A DNA stretch of 64,000 bases from Candidatus Nomurabacteria bacterium RIFCSPHIGHO2_12_FULL_42_19 (GTDB taxonomy: Bacteria > Patescibacteriota > Minisyncoccia > Phycocordibacterales > UBA9973), in NCBI GenBank assembly GCA_001786955.1, contig MFUM01000008.1, forward strand, positions 11,062-75,061. The letters run 5' to 3'. Within the stretch, counting starts at the first letter, position 1. Every line of letters starts with the position of its first letter. Below are positions 28,568 to 37,963 of this stretch, piece after piece. Made by a program: the position numbers and the translations under genes. Below the pieces are notes generated by a model. The model searched no databases. It worked only from the letters and a program-made list of their open reading frames with translations, and was not told where the DNA came from.

Positions 28568-29749
28568 ATGAGTATTTTCCCCGGGTCTAAAGAAAAAGGC
28601 GAGTTGGTATTGGTTTTCAATATCGGGTCTTCTTCGGTCGGGGGAGCGCTTTTTTGGGCGCAAAGTTCTGGAATCCCCAAAATAATTTTTTCCATTCAAG
28701 AACCGGTGGCCATTGAAGATAAAATTGATATTGACCGATTTTTATTCCTAACGATGCAATCATTGAAAATTGTTGTTGAAAAAATTTATAAAGCTGGCGT
28801 GGGTGCTCCCTCCCGGATTTTTTGCGTTCTTTCCTCGCCTTGGTATGTTTCCCAAACGCGGATAATCAATCTTAAAAAAAACACACCTTTTATATTTACC
28901 GCAAAGCTGGCTGATGACTTGATTCAAAAAGAAGTAAATCTTTTTGAGGAAGAACATTCAAAAAGAAAAAAGAATATTGGCAACTCTGTCCGCACAATTG
29001 AGCTTAAAAATATAAAAATAATATTAAACGGCTATGAAACATCAAAACCCTTAAATCAAAAAACAAAAGAATTGGAAATGATTATTTTTATTTCCATGAG
29101 CGGGGAACAGGTGTTGAAAAAGATAGAAGATACAATCAGCAAGCATTTTCACTTCAAGCAAATAACTTTTTCTTCTTTTGTGATGGCATCTTTTACCGTG
29201 GTGCGCGATATGTACATGCAAAAGGGAGATTTTCTTTTGGTTGATATCGGCGGGGAGATGACGGATATTTCAATGATAAAGAAAAATATATTGCGCGAGT
29301 CGATTTCGTTTCCTTTAGGCCGGAATTTTTTGACACGCGGAGTCGCATCCAACCTGGGTTGCACCCTGGATGAAGCAGACCCCCTAATTTCTCTTTTTAA
29401 AGACAAGCACGCGGAAAAATCTGTAGTCAAAAAACTTACGCCAATTATGGACCAGTTAAAAACAGAATGGCTCAAGAAGTTTCAGGAATCTTTAGCCAAT
29501 CTTTCCAACGATCTTTCTATTCCGGCGACTATTTACATAGCCATTGATAAAGACTTGGCAGATTTTTTTTCCGAAACAATCAAAACTGAGCAATTTAATC
29601 AGTATACTTTGACGGAATCAAAATTTGAAATTATTTTTTTAAACACCCAGATGCTTCATGATACCGCAGTGTTTGAAGAAAACGTAATTCGCGAGCCATT
29701 TCTTATTATTGACTCTATTTACATTAATCGTTTTTTGACTAAAATATAA
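28568..29749 (+). CDS. FtsA/PilM-like actin-fold protein
   Basis: LVFNIGSSSVGG and LLVDIGGEMTDI phosphate-loop-like motifs, SFPLGRN. Confidence 0.65.
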   Translation: MSIFPGSKEKGELVLVFNIGSSSVGGALFWAQSSGIPKIIFSIQEPVAIEDKIDIDRFLFLTMQSLKIVVEKIYKAGVGAPSRIFCVLSSPWYVSQTRIINLKKNTPFIFTAKLADDLIQKEVNLFEEEHSKRKKNIGNSVRTIELKNIKIILNGYETSKPLNQKTKELEMIIFISMSGEQVLKKIEDTISKHFHFKQITFSSFVMASFTVVRDMYMQKGDFLLVDIGGEMTDISMIKKNILRESISFPLGRNFLTRGVASNLGCTLDEADPLISLFKDKHAEKSVVKKLTPIMDQLKTEWLKKFQESLANLSNDLSIPATIYIAIDKDLADFFSETIKTEQFNQYTLTESKFEIIFLNTQMLHDTAVFEENVIREPFLIIDSIYINRFLTKI

Positions 29750-29751
29750 CT

Positions 29752-30993
29752 ATGTCCAAACATTTACTGGAAGATATGGTAAGAGTTAAGCATATCAGAA
29801 AAGAAACTGAGGCGAAAGAAATGCGGGGAACGGGAGAAATCAAGACAAATCGCGCCAAAAACAGGCCCCGATACATGCTCTGGAGCGTGGCATTTATTTC
29901 GGTTGTTTTTTTTGTTTTTGCCCTCTCTTTTTTATTTTCCTCAGCGGAAGTCGCGGTTAATCCAAAAACGAAAGATATAGTTTTAAACGAAAATTTGTTT
30001 GCCAGCAAAGACTCTAAAATCGACGGTTTATCTTTTGACTTGGTGGTTATTTCCGGCGAAGAAAATGCAGCAGTAAAAGCATCGGGAGAGAAAGATATTT
30101 TTCAAAAAGCTACAGGCACCGTTGTAATTTACAATACTTTCAGTTTTTCTCCCCAGGCACTCAGCATAGATACGAGACTGGAAGGTTCAAATGGAAAAAT
30201 TTATAAAACACAGACCAAAACTGTTGTGCCCGGGGAGCCAAAAACCGGCACTCCGGGATCAGTCGAAGTGAAAATTTATGGAGCAGAAGCCGGGCAAGAA
30301 TACAACAGCGGTCCGCTTGATTTCAAGATTTTTGGCTTTAAAGGGACTCCCAAATACTCCAAATTTTACGCCAGATCCAAAGGAGAGATTACCGGCGGAT
30401 TCAAAGGCAAGGCTCCTGCTGTTTCTGATACCGAAAAAGCAGCCGCTGTCGGTAATTTGAAAACTGCCCTGCAAACGAAACTCCTGAAAAAAGCAATTGA
30501 TCAGATTCCGGGCGGATTTGTCTTATTCAAGGATGCGATTTTTCTTGATATAGATGACGCGAATACCCCACTTGCTACCAAAAATAATGAGTTAATTATG
30601 ACGCTTAAGGGCAAGCTATACGGTTTTCTTTTTAATGAGCAAAAACTGACGAAAAAAATTGCCGAGAATAATATTGAAAAATATGACGGAAATGAAGTTC
30701 TTATTCCAAACATCAGAGATTTGATTTTTTCCCTTTCCGGCAAAAACAATATTTCATTCGACAATATGAAAAATATAAATTTTAATTTATCAGGCGCGGC
30801 AAAAATTATCTGGAAACTTGATACAAATAAATTTACCGCTGATTTATTGGGCAAATCAAAAAAGGATTTTAATCAAATACTTTTACGATACCCGAACATT
30901 GATTCTGCCACTTTAACGCTCAGTCCTGCGTGGAAAACCTCCATCCCCGGCCAATTCAAAGATATAAAAATAAATGTAAATTATTCGAAATAA
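29752..30993 (+). CDS. Single-pass membrane protein with baseplate J-like extracytoplasmic region (CPR-type)
   Basis: TM segment, then KATGTVVIYN, TRL, PGSVEVKIYG...GQEYN, ITGG. Family call is from recall. Confidence 0.55.
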   Translation: MSKHLLEDMVRVKHIRKETEAKEMRGTGEIKTNRAKNRPRYMLWSVAFISVVFFVFALSFLFSSAEVAVNPKTKDIVLNENLFASKDSKIDGLSFDLVVISGEENAAVKASGEKDIFQKATGTVVIYNTFSFSPQALSIDTRLEGSNGKIYKTQTKTVVPGEPKTGTPGSVEVKIYGAEAGQEYNSGPLDFKIFGFKGTPKYSKFYARSKGEITGGFKGKAPAVSDTEKAAAVGNLKTALQTKLLKKAIDQIPGGFVLFKDAIFLDIDDANTPLATKNNELIMTLKGKLYGFLFNEQKLTKKIAENNIEKYDGNEVLIPNIRDLIFSLSGKNNISFDNMKNINFNLSGAAKIIWKLDTNKFTADLLGKSKKDFNQILLRYPNIDSATLTLSPAWKTSIPGQFKDIKINVNYSK

Positions 30994-31056
30994 TCTTTTT
31001 CCTACCAGTATTGGTTTGACATAATCTCTTAATTTTATTATAGTTATAACCTATAC

Positions 31057-31323
31057 ATGAATGAGCCCAAAAGTGAAAAAATCGTAACAGCAAAAGGAAT
31101 TGTTACCGAGGCCCTGCCTAGTACTTTGTTTAAAGTCAAAATACATGCCCGTCCTCACGATGGTTTAGGAGCAAGCGGGGAAGATAAAGACGGCGAGAAG
31201 GAGATTCTCGCATACCTTGGAGGGAAAATGCGGATGCATAGAATTAAAGTTCTGATTGGAGATTCAGTAGAAGTTGTGCTCGATTCTTATGGCGGGAAAG
31301 GCAGGATAATTAAAAGGTTGTAA
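31057..31323 (+). CDS. infA: Translation initiation factor IF-1
   Basis: GIVTEALPSTLFKV, ILAYLGGKMRMHRIKVLIGD.V.V, GRII.R. Confidence 0.95.
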   Translation: MNEPKSEKIVTAKGIVTEALPSTLFKVKIHARPHDGLGASGEDKDGEKEILAYLGGKMRMHRIKVLIGDSVEVVLDSYGGKGRIIKRL

Positions 31324-31442
31324 TTTTTTTTAATATGGTGTATTATAGGGCTTGCGGTTTGTTGGCGGTTTTTAAAAAGTTATAGCATTGAAAAATAAGG
31401 GTTTTTTCCTTATTTTTCTTCTGTCATTTTAAAAAAGTTTTT

Positions 31443-31553
31443 ATGAAAATAAGGTCATCTGTAAAAAAAATTTGCGATAATTGTAAAATGGTCAGACGAG
31501 CCAGGCATTTAAGGATAATTTGCTCTAATCCGAAACATAAGCAAAAACAATAA
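31443..31553 (+). CDS. rpmJ: 50S ribosomal protein L36 (below the ORF-track size cutoff)
   Basis: Manual translation [36 protein letters not shown]; lies between infA and rpsM. Confidence 0.95.
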   Translation: MKIRSSVKKICDNCKMVRRARHLRIICSNPKHKQKQ

Positions 31554-31556
31554 TTT

Positions 31557-31937
31557 ATGAGAATTCTTGGAATTACTGTGCCAAATGAGAAAAGACTTGA
31601 AATCGGCCTGACCTGCCTTTACGGTATAGGCATTCCATCCGCCCGTAAAATTTTAGATCAAGTCGGCATTAATCGCGGAAAGAAGGCTAAGGATTTGACC
31701 CCAGATGAAGAAAATAAAATTCGCCTTGTTGTGGAAAAAATTTTGATTGAAGGAAATTTAAAAAGGGAAATATCGGCGAATATCAAAAGATTGAAAGATA
31801 TAAAAAGCTACAGGGGTATCCGCCATACAAAAAGATTGCCGGTTCGGGGACAGCGCACCAAGACGAATTCCCGAACCATCAGAGGCAATGTCCGAAAAAC
31901 GATGGCGTCAGGCAAGAGGAAGGAAAGCAAGACCTAA
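31557..31937 (+). CDS. rpsM: 30S ribosomal protein S13
   Basis: LYGIG, IKSYRGIRH..RLPVRGQRTKTNSRT. Confidence 0.98.
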   Translation: MRILGITVPNEKRLEIGLTCLYGIGIPSARKILDQVGINRGKKAKDLTPDEENKIRLVVEKILIEGNLKREISANIKRLKDIKSYRGIRHTKRLPVRGQRTKTNSRTIRGNVRKTMASGKRKESKT

Positions 31938-31939
31938 AA

Positions 31940-32005
31940 TTAGTGGCTAGGGGCTAGGGACTAGAAAAATCTAGAACCTAAAACCTAGAAACTAGAACCT
32001 AATTT
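31940..32005 (+). repeat. 7-bp tandem repeat (CTAGAAM-like) between rpsM and rpsK
   Basis: TTAGTGG CTAGGGG CTAGGGA CTAGAAA .. CTAGAAC CTAAAAC CTAGAAA CTAGAAC CTAATTT. Confidence 0.8.
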
Positions 32006-32009
32006 ATTT

Positions 32010-32471
32010 ATGGGAAAGACAAAAATTACAACAGAAAAAAATAATGAAGAAATCGGAGCAAAAGCGGAAATCCGCTCTGCCGAAAATGAGGCAAAAAAGG
32101 CTCCGTCAAAAACGCCAAAAAAGAAAGTAATTTCCGGTATTTTGCATGTTGAAGCTACCTTCAATAATACGAAAGTCCTTTTTGGAGACAAATTGGGCAA
32201 TACGTTATTTTGGTCAAGCGCGGGAAGTTTGGGTTTTAGGGGGGCTAAGAAAGGAACTCCTTTTGCGGCTTCCAAGGTAGGCGATGCAATTGGCAGCAAG
32301 GCTTCAGTGCTTGGAGTAAAAGATGCGGATGTGGTTGTTTTGGGAGTCGGGTCCGGACGCGAACCGGCCATCAGGTCTTTTATGGCTCACGGGATTGAAA
32401 TTACCTCCATATTGGATGCGACACCGGTGCCTCACAACGGGCCGAAAGCCAAAAAGCCGCGAAGAGTTTAA
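32010..32471 (+). CDS. rpsK: 30S ribosomal protein S11
   Basis: ATFNNT, WSSAG.LGFRGAKKGTPFAA, DATPVPHNG. Confidence 0.98.
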   Translation: MGKTKITTEKNNEEIGAKAEIRSAENEAKKAPSKTPKKKVISGILHVEATFNNTKVLFGDKLGNTLFWSSAGSLGFRGAKKGTPFAASKVGDAIGSKASVLGVKDADVVVLGVGSGREPAIRSFMAHGIEITSILDATPVPHNGPKAKKPRRV

Positions 32472-32489
32472 AAAGCAAGGAAAAAATTT

Positions 32490-33092
32490 ATGATATCCAA
32501 ACCAAAATTTAAAATTTGCAGAAGACTGGGTCCGGGGGTTTATGACAAATGTCAAACCGCCAAATTTTCCTCATCCTCAAAGGGGTCTTTGTCGGGCGGA
32601 CGCCGTCCCAAGGCTCCTACGGAGTATGGGGCGCAACTCATAGAAAAGCAAAAAATACGTTTTTCATACGGCATATCCGAACGCCAGCTTTCCAATTATG
32701 TTAAAAAAGCCTCTCACATTAAAGGTGCCGGCACAGCTGAAAAGCTTTATGAGAGCCTGGAGTCCCGTCTTGATAATGTAATCTATCGGATGGGCTTGGG
32801 TAGCAGCAGGCGCGCCACCAGGCAAATGGTTTCCCATGGGCACTTTATTGTCAATAATCACAGGGTTACCATCCCGTCTTTTGAAATTAAAACAGGAGAT
32901 ATCGTAAAAATTCGCGAAGGAAGCAAAAGCAAGAAAATTTTTGAAAACCTGACCGACCGGCTGAAAGATTACAGTGCTCCGGTCTGGGTGGCATTTGACC
33001 CGAACAATATGGAAGGAAAAATTTTAGCCAAACCGAAAAAAATCGAAACCTTTCTTGACCTTAATGCCGTGCTTGAATTTTACAGCCGCTAA
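32490..33092 (+). CDS. rpsD: 30S ribosomal protein S4
   Basis: KICRRLG, QLIEKQK, LESRLDNVIYRMG, RQMVSHGH, EFYSR. Confidence 0.98.
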   Translation: MISKPKFKICRRLGPGVYDKCQTAKFSSSSKGSLSGGRRPKAPTEYGAQLIEKQKIRFSYGISERQLSNYVKKASHIKGAGTAEKLYESLESRLDNVIYRMGLGSSRRATRQMVSHGHFIVNNHRVTIPSFEIKTGDIVKIREGSKSKKIFENLTDRLKDYSAPVWVAFDPNNMEGKILAKPKKIETFLDLNAVLEFYSR

Positions 33093-33140
33093 TTTTATTA
33101 TTTTGTTTATTTATTATTAAAAATTAAGATTACAAAAATT

Positions 33141-34124
33141 ATGCCTGAATATAAAATAATTATGCCTTCCAAGCCTCGTGTTGTTTTAGAAGAAGGTAAT
33201 AAGGGAGTATTTGAAATAGACGGCTTATACCCCGGGTACGGCCATACTTTAGGCAACAGCTTGAGGAGAATAATTCTTTCTTCATTACCGGGAGCCAGCA
33301 TTGTCTCTGTCAAGATTGACGGAGTATCGCACGAATTTCAAACAATGAATGGAATCAAAGAAGATGTAATCATAATAATTCTGAACCTGAAAAAAATTCG
33401 TTTCAGAATGCTGTCCGACGAGCCTCAGACGGTCACGCTCTCCATCAAAGGCCCGAAGGAAGTCACGGCAACAGACATAAAAACCGGGGGGCAAGTGGAG
33501 ATTTTAAATCCGGAACTCCACATAGCGGAGGTTACAGGCAAGGTGAATTTGAACATAGAAATGAAAATTGAAAAGGGCTTGGGTTTTATTCCGAAAGAAA
33601 TTTTTCAAAAAGAAAAAGTTGATGTCGGCACTATTGCGGTTGATGCGATTTTTACCCCGATTCGCCGGGTTGCCTATGAAGTTGAAAATATGCGTGTTGG
33701 CGACAAGACCAACCACAATCGCCTGAGAATTTCAATCGAGACGGACGGTACTTTGACCGCCCGCGAGGCTCTTTCGCATTCTATTGAAATTATGATAAAT
33801 CAACTGAAAGCTATTATTGATTTTAAGGAAACAGAAGAAGTTCCAGTTGAGAACAAAGAAGAAGAGAAAAAACCTGCCCGCAATGCTTCGCATAGCGAAG
33901 CAGGTGGGGGAGGTGATTTCGTTGACATTTTAAAAACCCGCACGGACAGCCTGGATCTTTCCACCAGAACCCTAAATGCGCTTACTTCCGCGAATATCCG
34001 GACACTGGGAGGCTTGGCTCGAAAAAAGCGCGAAGATTTGTTGGAAGTGGAAGGCATCGGCGAGAAAGGAATTACGGAAATTAAAAAAGTTTTAAATAAA
34101 TTCGGACTTAACCTGAAGGAATAA
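33141..34124 (+). CDS. rpoA: RNA polymerase alpha subunit
   Basis: GYGHTLGNSLRRIILSSLPG, VDAIFTPI, VENMRVG, alpha-CTD LSTRTLNAL. Confidence 0.98.
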   Translation: MPEYKIIMPSKPRVVLEEGNKGVFEIDGLYPGYGHTLGNSLRRIILSSLPGASIVSVKIDGVSHEFQTMNGIKEDVIIIILNLKKIRFRMLSDEPQTVTLSIKGPKEVTATDIKTGGQVEILNPELHIAEVTGKVNLNIEMKIEKGLGFIPKEIFQKEKVDVGTIAVDAIFTPIRRVAYEVENMRVGDKTNHNRLRISIETDGTLTAREALSHSIEIMINQLKAIIDFKETEEVPVENKEEEKKPARNASHSEAGGGGDFVDILKTRTDSLDLSTRTLNALTSANIRTLGGLARKKREDLLEVEGIGEKGITEIKKVLNKFGLNLKE

Positions 34125-34127
34125 TTA

Positions 34128-34155
34128 CTAGCACCTAGAAACTAGAACCTAATTT
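34128..34155 (+). repeat. 7-bp tandem repeat upstream of rplQ
   Basis: CTAGCAC CTAGAAA CTAGAAC CTAATTT directly before the ATG; same unit as upstream of rpsK. Confidence 0.75.
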
Positions 34156-34509
34156 ATGAGACACCACAACAATACAAGAAAATTCGGTAGGGGTAAAACA
34201 CAAAGGCATGCATTGCTTAATTCTTTGGCGCTTAATTTGATTGTGCGTGAAAAAATAAAAACAACCGAACCGAAAGCCAAAGAGTTGAGACCTTTTATGG
34301 AAAAACTTGTGACTCGAGCCAAGAAAGGCGATTTGGCGACCCGCAGGTCGGTTATTTCCAAACTTTCTAACCGCAGCAAAGAAGTGAAAAAGCTTTTTGA
34401 AGTTATTGCGCCCAAATACGCGGATAAAAAAGGAGGATATACGAGAGTTTTAAAATTAGGAGCCAGAAAATCGGACGGCGCCAAGATGGCGGTTATAGAA
34501 TTTGTATAA
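34156..34509 (+). CDS. rplQ: 50S ribosomal protein L17
   Basis: MRH, IKTTEPKAKELR, GGYTRVLK, DGAKMAVIE. Confidence 0.98.
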   Translation: MRHHNNTRKFGRGKTQRHALLNSLALNLIVREKIKTTEPKAKELRPFMEKLVTRAKKGDLATRRSVISKLSNRSKEVKKLFEVIAPKYADKKGGYTRVLKLGARKSDGAKMAVIEFV

Positions 34510-34540
34510 ATATAGAAAATAAAGTAGGATAAAGCAACCA

Positions 34541-34897
34541 ATGAATAATAAAACTTTAAAAACAATAGACGCGGCAGGAAGGACCCTGGGAAGGGTTGCG
34601 AGCGAAGTTGCTATGTCGCTGATGGGCAAGACCAAGGCGACTTTTGAACGTAATAAATATTCAGGTTTTCCCGTCCGAGTGGTAAATGCTTCCAAGCTCC
34701 GCATCACGGATAAAAAACTGGAAGAAATTTATCATACCCGATATTCCGGCATTCCGGGCGGGCTCCGCATTTTAAAAGGCACGGAAACAGCCGATAAAAA
34801 GGGTTTAAAAGAATTAATCAGGCTTGCGACATACCAAATGCTGCCTTCAAACAAATTGCGCAGAATCATGATGAAAAATTTAAGGATCGAAGACTAG
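34541..34897 (+). CDS. rplM: 50S ribosomal protein L13 (short)
   Basis: IDAAGRTLGRVAS..A..LMGK, VVNASK, YSGIPGGL, MLP.NKL. Confidence 0.95.
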   Translation: MNNKTLKTIDAAGRTLGRVASEVAMSLMGKTKATFERNKYSGFPVRVVNASKLRITDKKLEEIYHTRYSGIPGGLRILKGTETADKKGLKELIRLATYQMLPSNKLRRIMMKNLRIED

Positions 34898-34904
34898 AAA
34901 CACT

Positions 34905-35366
34905 ATGAAAAAAGAAACAAAAGAAAAATCTCTTGGCCATAAACCTGCGAGCGAGGCAAAAGGAAAATATATCGAAGCCGTGGGAAGACGCAAAACCTCT
35001 ACCGCTAGAGTGCGGATTTGGAAAGGTGATAAAGCGGATTTTATTGTAAACGGAAAAAGTGCCAAAGAATATTTTAAAACGGAAGACCAACGTCGTTTGA
35101 TTTTAGACCCGATAATGAAAGGAATACCCGCTGGCCCAGCCAAAAATCTAAAGTGGGTCGTGGAGGTGCATACATCAGGCGGCGGAATTCATTCCCAAGC
35201 TGAAGCTGTTCGTCATGGATTATCCCGTGCCCTAGTAGCATCAGATGCGAGCCTGCGCGGGAATTTAAAAAGTTTAGGATTTTTGAAACGCGACCCGAGA
35301 GCCAAAGAACGCAGAAAATTCGGTCTCAAAAAAGCAAGAAAAGCGCCACAGTGGAGCAAGCGCTAG
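34905..35366 (+). CDS. rpsI: 30S ribosomal protein S9
   Basis: GRRKTSTARV, GGGIHSQAEAVRHG, RDPR.KERRKFGLKKARKAPQWSKR. Confidence 0.98.
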   Translation: MKKETKEKSLGHKPASEAKGKYIEAVGRRKTSTARVRIWKGDKADFIVNGKSAKEYFKTEDQRRLILDPIMKGIPAGPAKNLKWVVEVHTSGGGIHSQAEAVRHGLSRALVASDASLRGNLKSLGFLKRDPRAKERRKFGLKKARKAPQWSKR

Positions 35367-35371
35367 AAAAT

Positions 35372-35395
35372 AGCCGGCCTGCGCCGGCTTTTTTT
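35372..35395 (+). terminator. Intrinsic terminator after rpsI
   Basis: AGCCGGC-CTGC-GCCGGCT followed by a T run. Confidence 0.8.
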
Positions 35396-35504
35396 GCGCT
35401 TGCTCGGCCGGAGCTTTATTGTGAGTAGTAGCGAACAAAAGCGAGGCGGGGGCTGCGACCGAGTCTGAGCGACGGCGAGGACGAGAGTTGTGGTCTAAGA
35501 GATA

Positions 35505-35540
35505 ATAAAAAAATCCCTCTTCCGAGAGGGATTTTTTTAT
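35505..35540. terminator. Terminator-like hairpin upstream of grpE
   Basis: ATAAAAAAATCCCTCT-TCCG-AGAGGGATTTTTTTAT perfect inverted repeat. Confidence 0.75.
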
Positions 35541-35555
35541 GCTAATATATCACTT

Positions 35556-36164
35556 ATGAGCGATGAAGAAGATAAAAAACCGGAAAATATCGAGCCAAAA
35601 GAAGAATCAAAGCAAGACGACTCCGAAGTTTTAGAGTTTGAATTCAACGAGGACGGGGAAGAAGACCTCAAAAAAACTTTAAAAAAATTGAGGGCCGACT
35701 TGAAGCAGGCCAAAAAGGAAAAGGAAGAGTATCTGACCGGCTGGCAGAAAGAGCGGGCGGATTTTATCAACTACAAGAAGCAGGAAGACGACCGAAGGAC
35801 CGTTTTTTCCGAAGCCATACGGGAGCGGATTCTGACTCGTTTTCTTTCGGTGATTGACAGTTTTAATATGGCTTTTGCCAGCAAGGAAGCCTGGGATAAA
35901 ATTGACGAAACATGGCGCAAGGGGGTGGAACATATTTACGCGCAAATGAATGGAATCTTTGAAGAATACGGAGTGAAACCTGTGGGGGAAGCCGGGGAAA
36001 ATTTTGACCCGAATATTCACCAGTCCATAGATGTAGTAGAGACAGATAATAAAGATTTAGAGCACAAAGTCGCAACTGTAATCCAAAAAGGATACAAATT
36101 AGGTGAACGCGTAATTCGTCCGGCGAGGGTAAATATTTATGAGTTTAAGGAAAGTGAGCAATAA
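35556..36164 (+). CDS. grpE: Nucleotide exchange factor GrpE
   Basis: ERADFINYKK, FDPNIHQSI, VIQKGYKLGERVIRPARV. Confidence 0.95.
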   Translation: MSDEEDKKPENIEPKEESKQDDSEVLEFEFNEDGEEDLKKTLKKLRADLKQAKKEKEEYLTGWQKERADFINYKKQEDDRRTVFSEAIRERILTRFLSVIDSFNMAFASKEAWDKIDETWRKGVEHIYAQMNGIFEEYGVKPVGEAGENFDPNIHQSIDVVETDNKDLEHKVATVIQKGYKLGERVIRPARVNIYEFKESEQ

Positions 36165-36195
36165 TCTATTCTATAATTCTATAGAATATTAGAAT
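36165..36195 (+). repeat. 31-bp near-palindromic site, copy A
   Basis: TCTATTCTATAATTCTATAGAATATTAGAAT; identical at 47813-47843 and reverse-complemented at 39677-39707. Confidence 0.95.
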
Positions 36196-37849
36196 GAAAA
36201 CAGAAGCAAAAATCTGTGTTGATTGTAAAAAAGAATTCGAAATAAATTCGGGTGATTTGAATTTATACGAAAAAGTCGATATTGAATTGCCGACACTCTG
36301 TTTTTTTTGCCGAATAAAACTGCATTTATCTTTCTGGATGTTTGGAAAATTTCGTAAAGGTAAATCAGACCTCTCGGGGAAAAGTCTGATTACGGTTTTA
36401 CCGGAGATAAACAGGTATCCTATTTATACGCTTCACGAATGGCATAGTGATAAATGGGATGCTATGAATTTCGGGATAGATTATGATTCAAGCAGACCTT
36501 TTTTTGAGCAATTAAAAGAATTACAGGAAAAAGTTCCTCATCCGCATCAAAATGGCATAAAAAATACCGGATGCGATTGGTGCGATGATGTTTGGAATTC
36601 TAAAAATTGCTACCTTTCTCGTTCAATGGAAGAATGTGAAGATTTATACTATTCATATCGAAATGTTAAGGTGAAGAATTCTATAGATATGACCATCTGC
36701 TTTAACACAGAAAAATCTTATGATTCCGGTGATTGTCATAATTCATTCAGACTCTTTTATTCCAAGCATTCTCGTGATTGCATAGATTCACTTTTTTTAT
36801 ATGATTGCCGAAATTGCCAGAATTGTTTTATGTGCTGGAATTTACGCAATAAGTCATATTACATAGAGAATATTCAATACACAAAAGAAGCATACGAAGA
36901 AAAATTAAAATCATTTCAACTCGGTTCATATAAATTTATTCAATCTCTTAAAAAAAATTTTGAAGAAATAATCAAGAAAGAAGCAATTCATAGGGGAAAC
37001 TTCAACTTAAGAACATATAATTCAGACGGAGACTACTTATTGGATGTTAAAAACTGCCATAACTGTAATACCATTAGTGATTCGGAAGATTGTTGTAATT
37101 GCATTCGCGGGTTACATCAAAAATCCGACATTGATTCCGATGGTTGCTGGTATTCCGAAATGATAGGAAATTGTAGTTGTTGTATAGGGGGATATGCTCT
37201 TAAGTATTCTACTTGGTCCTCTTCGCGATATTCAGAGTATTTGGATTTGTGTATTGAGTGTGAATATTGCTTCGGCTGTATTGGATTAAAGAAAAAAAAG
37301 TATTGCATTTTAAATAAGCAATATAATAAAGAAGAATATGAGATTTTGAAAAATAAAATTATTTCTGACATGAGAAAAAGAGGGGAATACGGTCAATTTC
37401 TGCCCTATTCTATGAGCGCTGGTCCCTTCAACTTTTCTACCAGTTTTTTATATTTTCCGGAAACCAAAAAGGAAGATATTTTTAAACTCGGCGGTTATTG
37501 GGAAGATATAAGCGAAAATCAAATTGAAGGTATGCCGACGAACGAACTGCCCGACGATATAAAAGATGTTCCGGACACCATAATAAAAGAGGCTCTGATA
37601 TGCCCCGAAACAGGTTGGCGTTTCAATATTGCCCAAAATGAGCTTTCTTTCTATAAGGAAAACAATATTCCACTTCCGCGATATCATTTTGATGTACGAA
37701 CCAAAAATGCCCTGAAATACCTGACTGTCCTGGAATCTTACCCTTACAAATGTTTTTACTGCAAAAAGGATATAATGGCCTATTATCCGCCGGAATGGGG
37801 CTACCAAAAAATAGCCTGCGAGGAATGTTATAAACAGAATATCGCATAA
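36194..37849 (+). CDS. Cys-rich zinc-ribbon / Cys-periodic repeat protein, paralog 1
   Basis: CVDC..CFFC N-terminus, YDSSRPFFEQL, dense CxxCxxC core, C-terminal CFYC..CEECY. Confidence 0.85.
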   Translation: MKTEAKICVDCKKEFEINSGDLNLYEKVDIELPTLCFFCRIKLHLSFWMFGKFRKGKSDLSGKSLITVLPEINRYPIYTLHEWHSDKWDAMNFGIDYDSSRPFFEQLKELQEKVPHPHQNGIKNTGCDWCDDVWNSKNCYLSRSMEECEDLYYSYRNVKVKNSIDMTICFNTEKSYDSGDCHNSFRLFYSKHSRDCIDSLFLYDCRNCQNCFMCWNLRNKSYYIENIQYTKEAYEEKLKSFQLGSYKFIQSLKKNFEEIIKKEAIHRGNFNLRTYNSDGDYLLDVKNCHNCNTISDSEDCCNCIRGLHQKSDIDSDGCWYSEMIGNCSCCIGGYALKYSTWSSSRYSEYLDLCIECEYCFGCIGLKKKKYCILNKQYNKEEYEILKNKIISDMRKRGEYGQFLPYSMSAGPFNFSTSFLYFPETKKEDIFKLGGYWEDISENQIEGMPTNELPDDIKDVPDTIIKEALICPETGWRFNIAQNELSFYKENNIPLPRYHFDVRTKNALKYLTVLESYPYKCFYCKKDIMAYYPPEWGYQKIACEECYKQNIA

Positions 37850-37887
37850 CAGATTTTCACGGTCGCGATAAAGTGTTATATTTAAAA

Positions 37888-37963
37888 ATGAATCAAGAAA
37901 CTAAACAATGCCAAAACCCCGAACCAGAGCGAAGCTCGGTACGGGGCAGGTTGTAAAAAAGAT
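37888..37963 (+). pseudogene. Relic 5' end of a further Cys-rich paralog, frameshifted by a 34-bp palindromic insert
   Basis: Reads MNQETKQCQN-[CCCGAACCAGAGCGAAGCTCGGTACGGGGCAGGT]-CKKD, matching the family start MKSETKNCQNCKKD. Confidence 0.75.

Noticed and set aside
29752-30993. Prophage suggested by the baseplate-J-like protein
   Set aside because: No capsid, terminase, tail or integrase genes nearby, and the protein has a membrane anchor.
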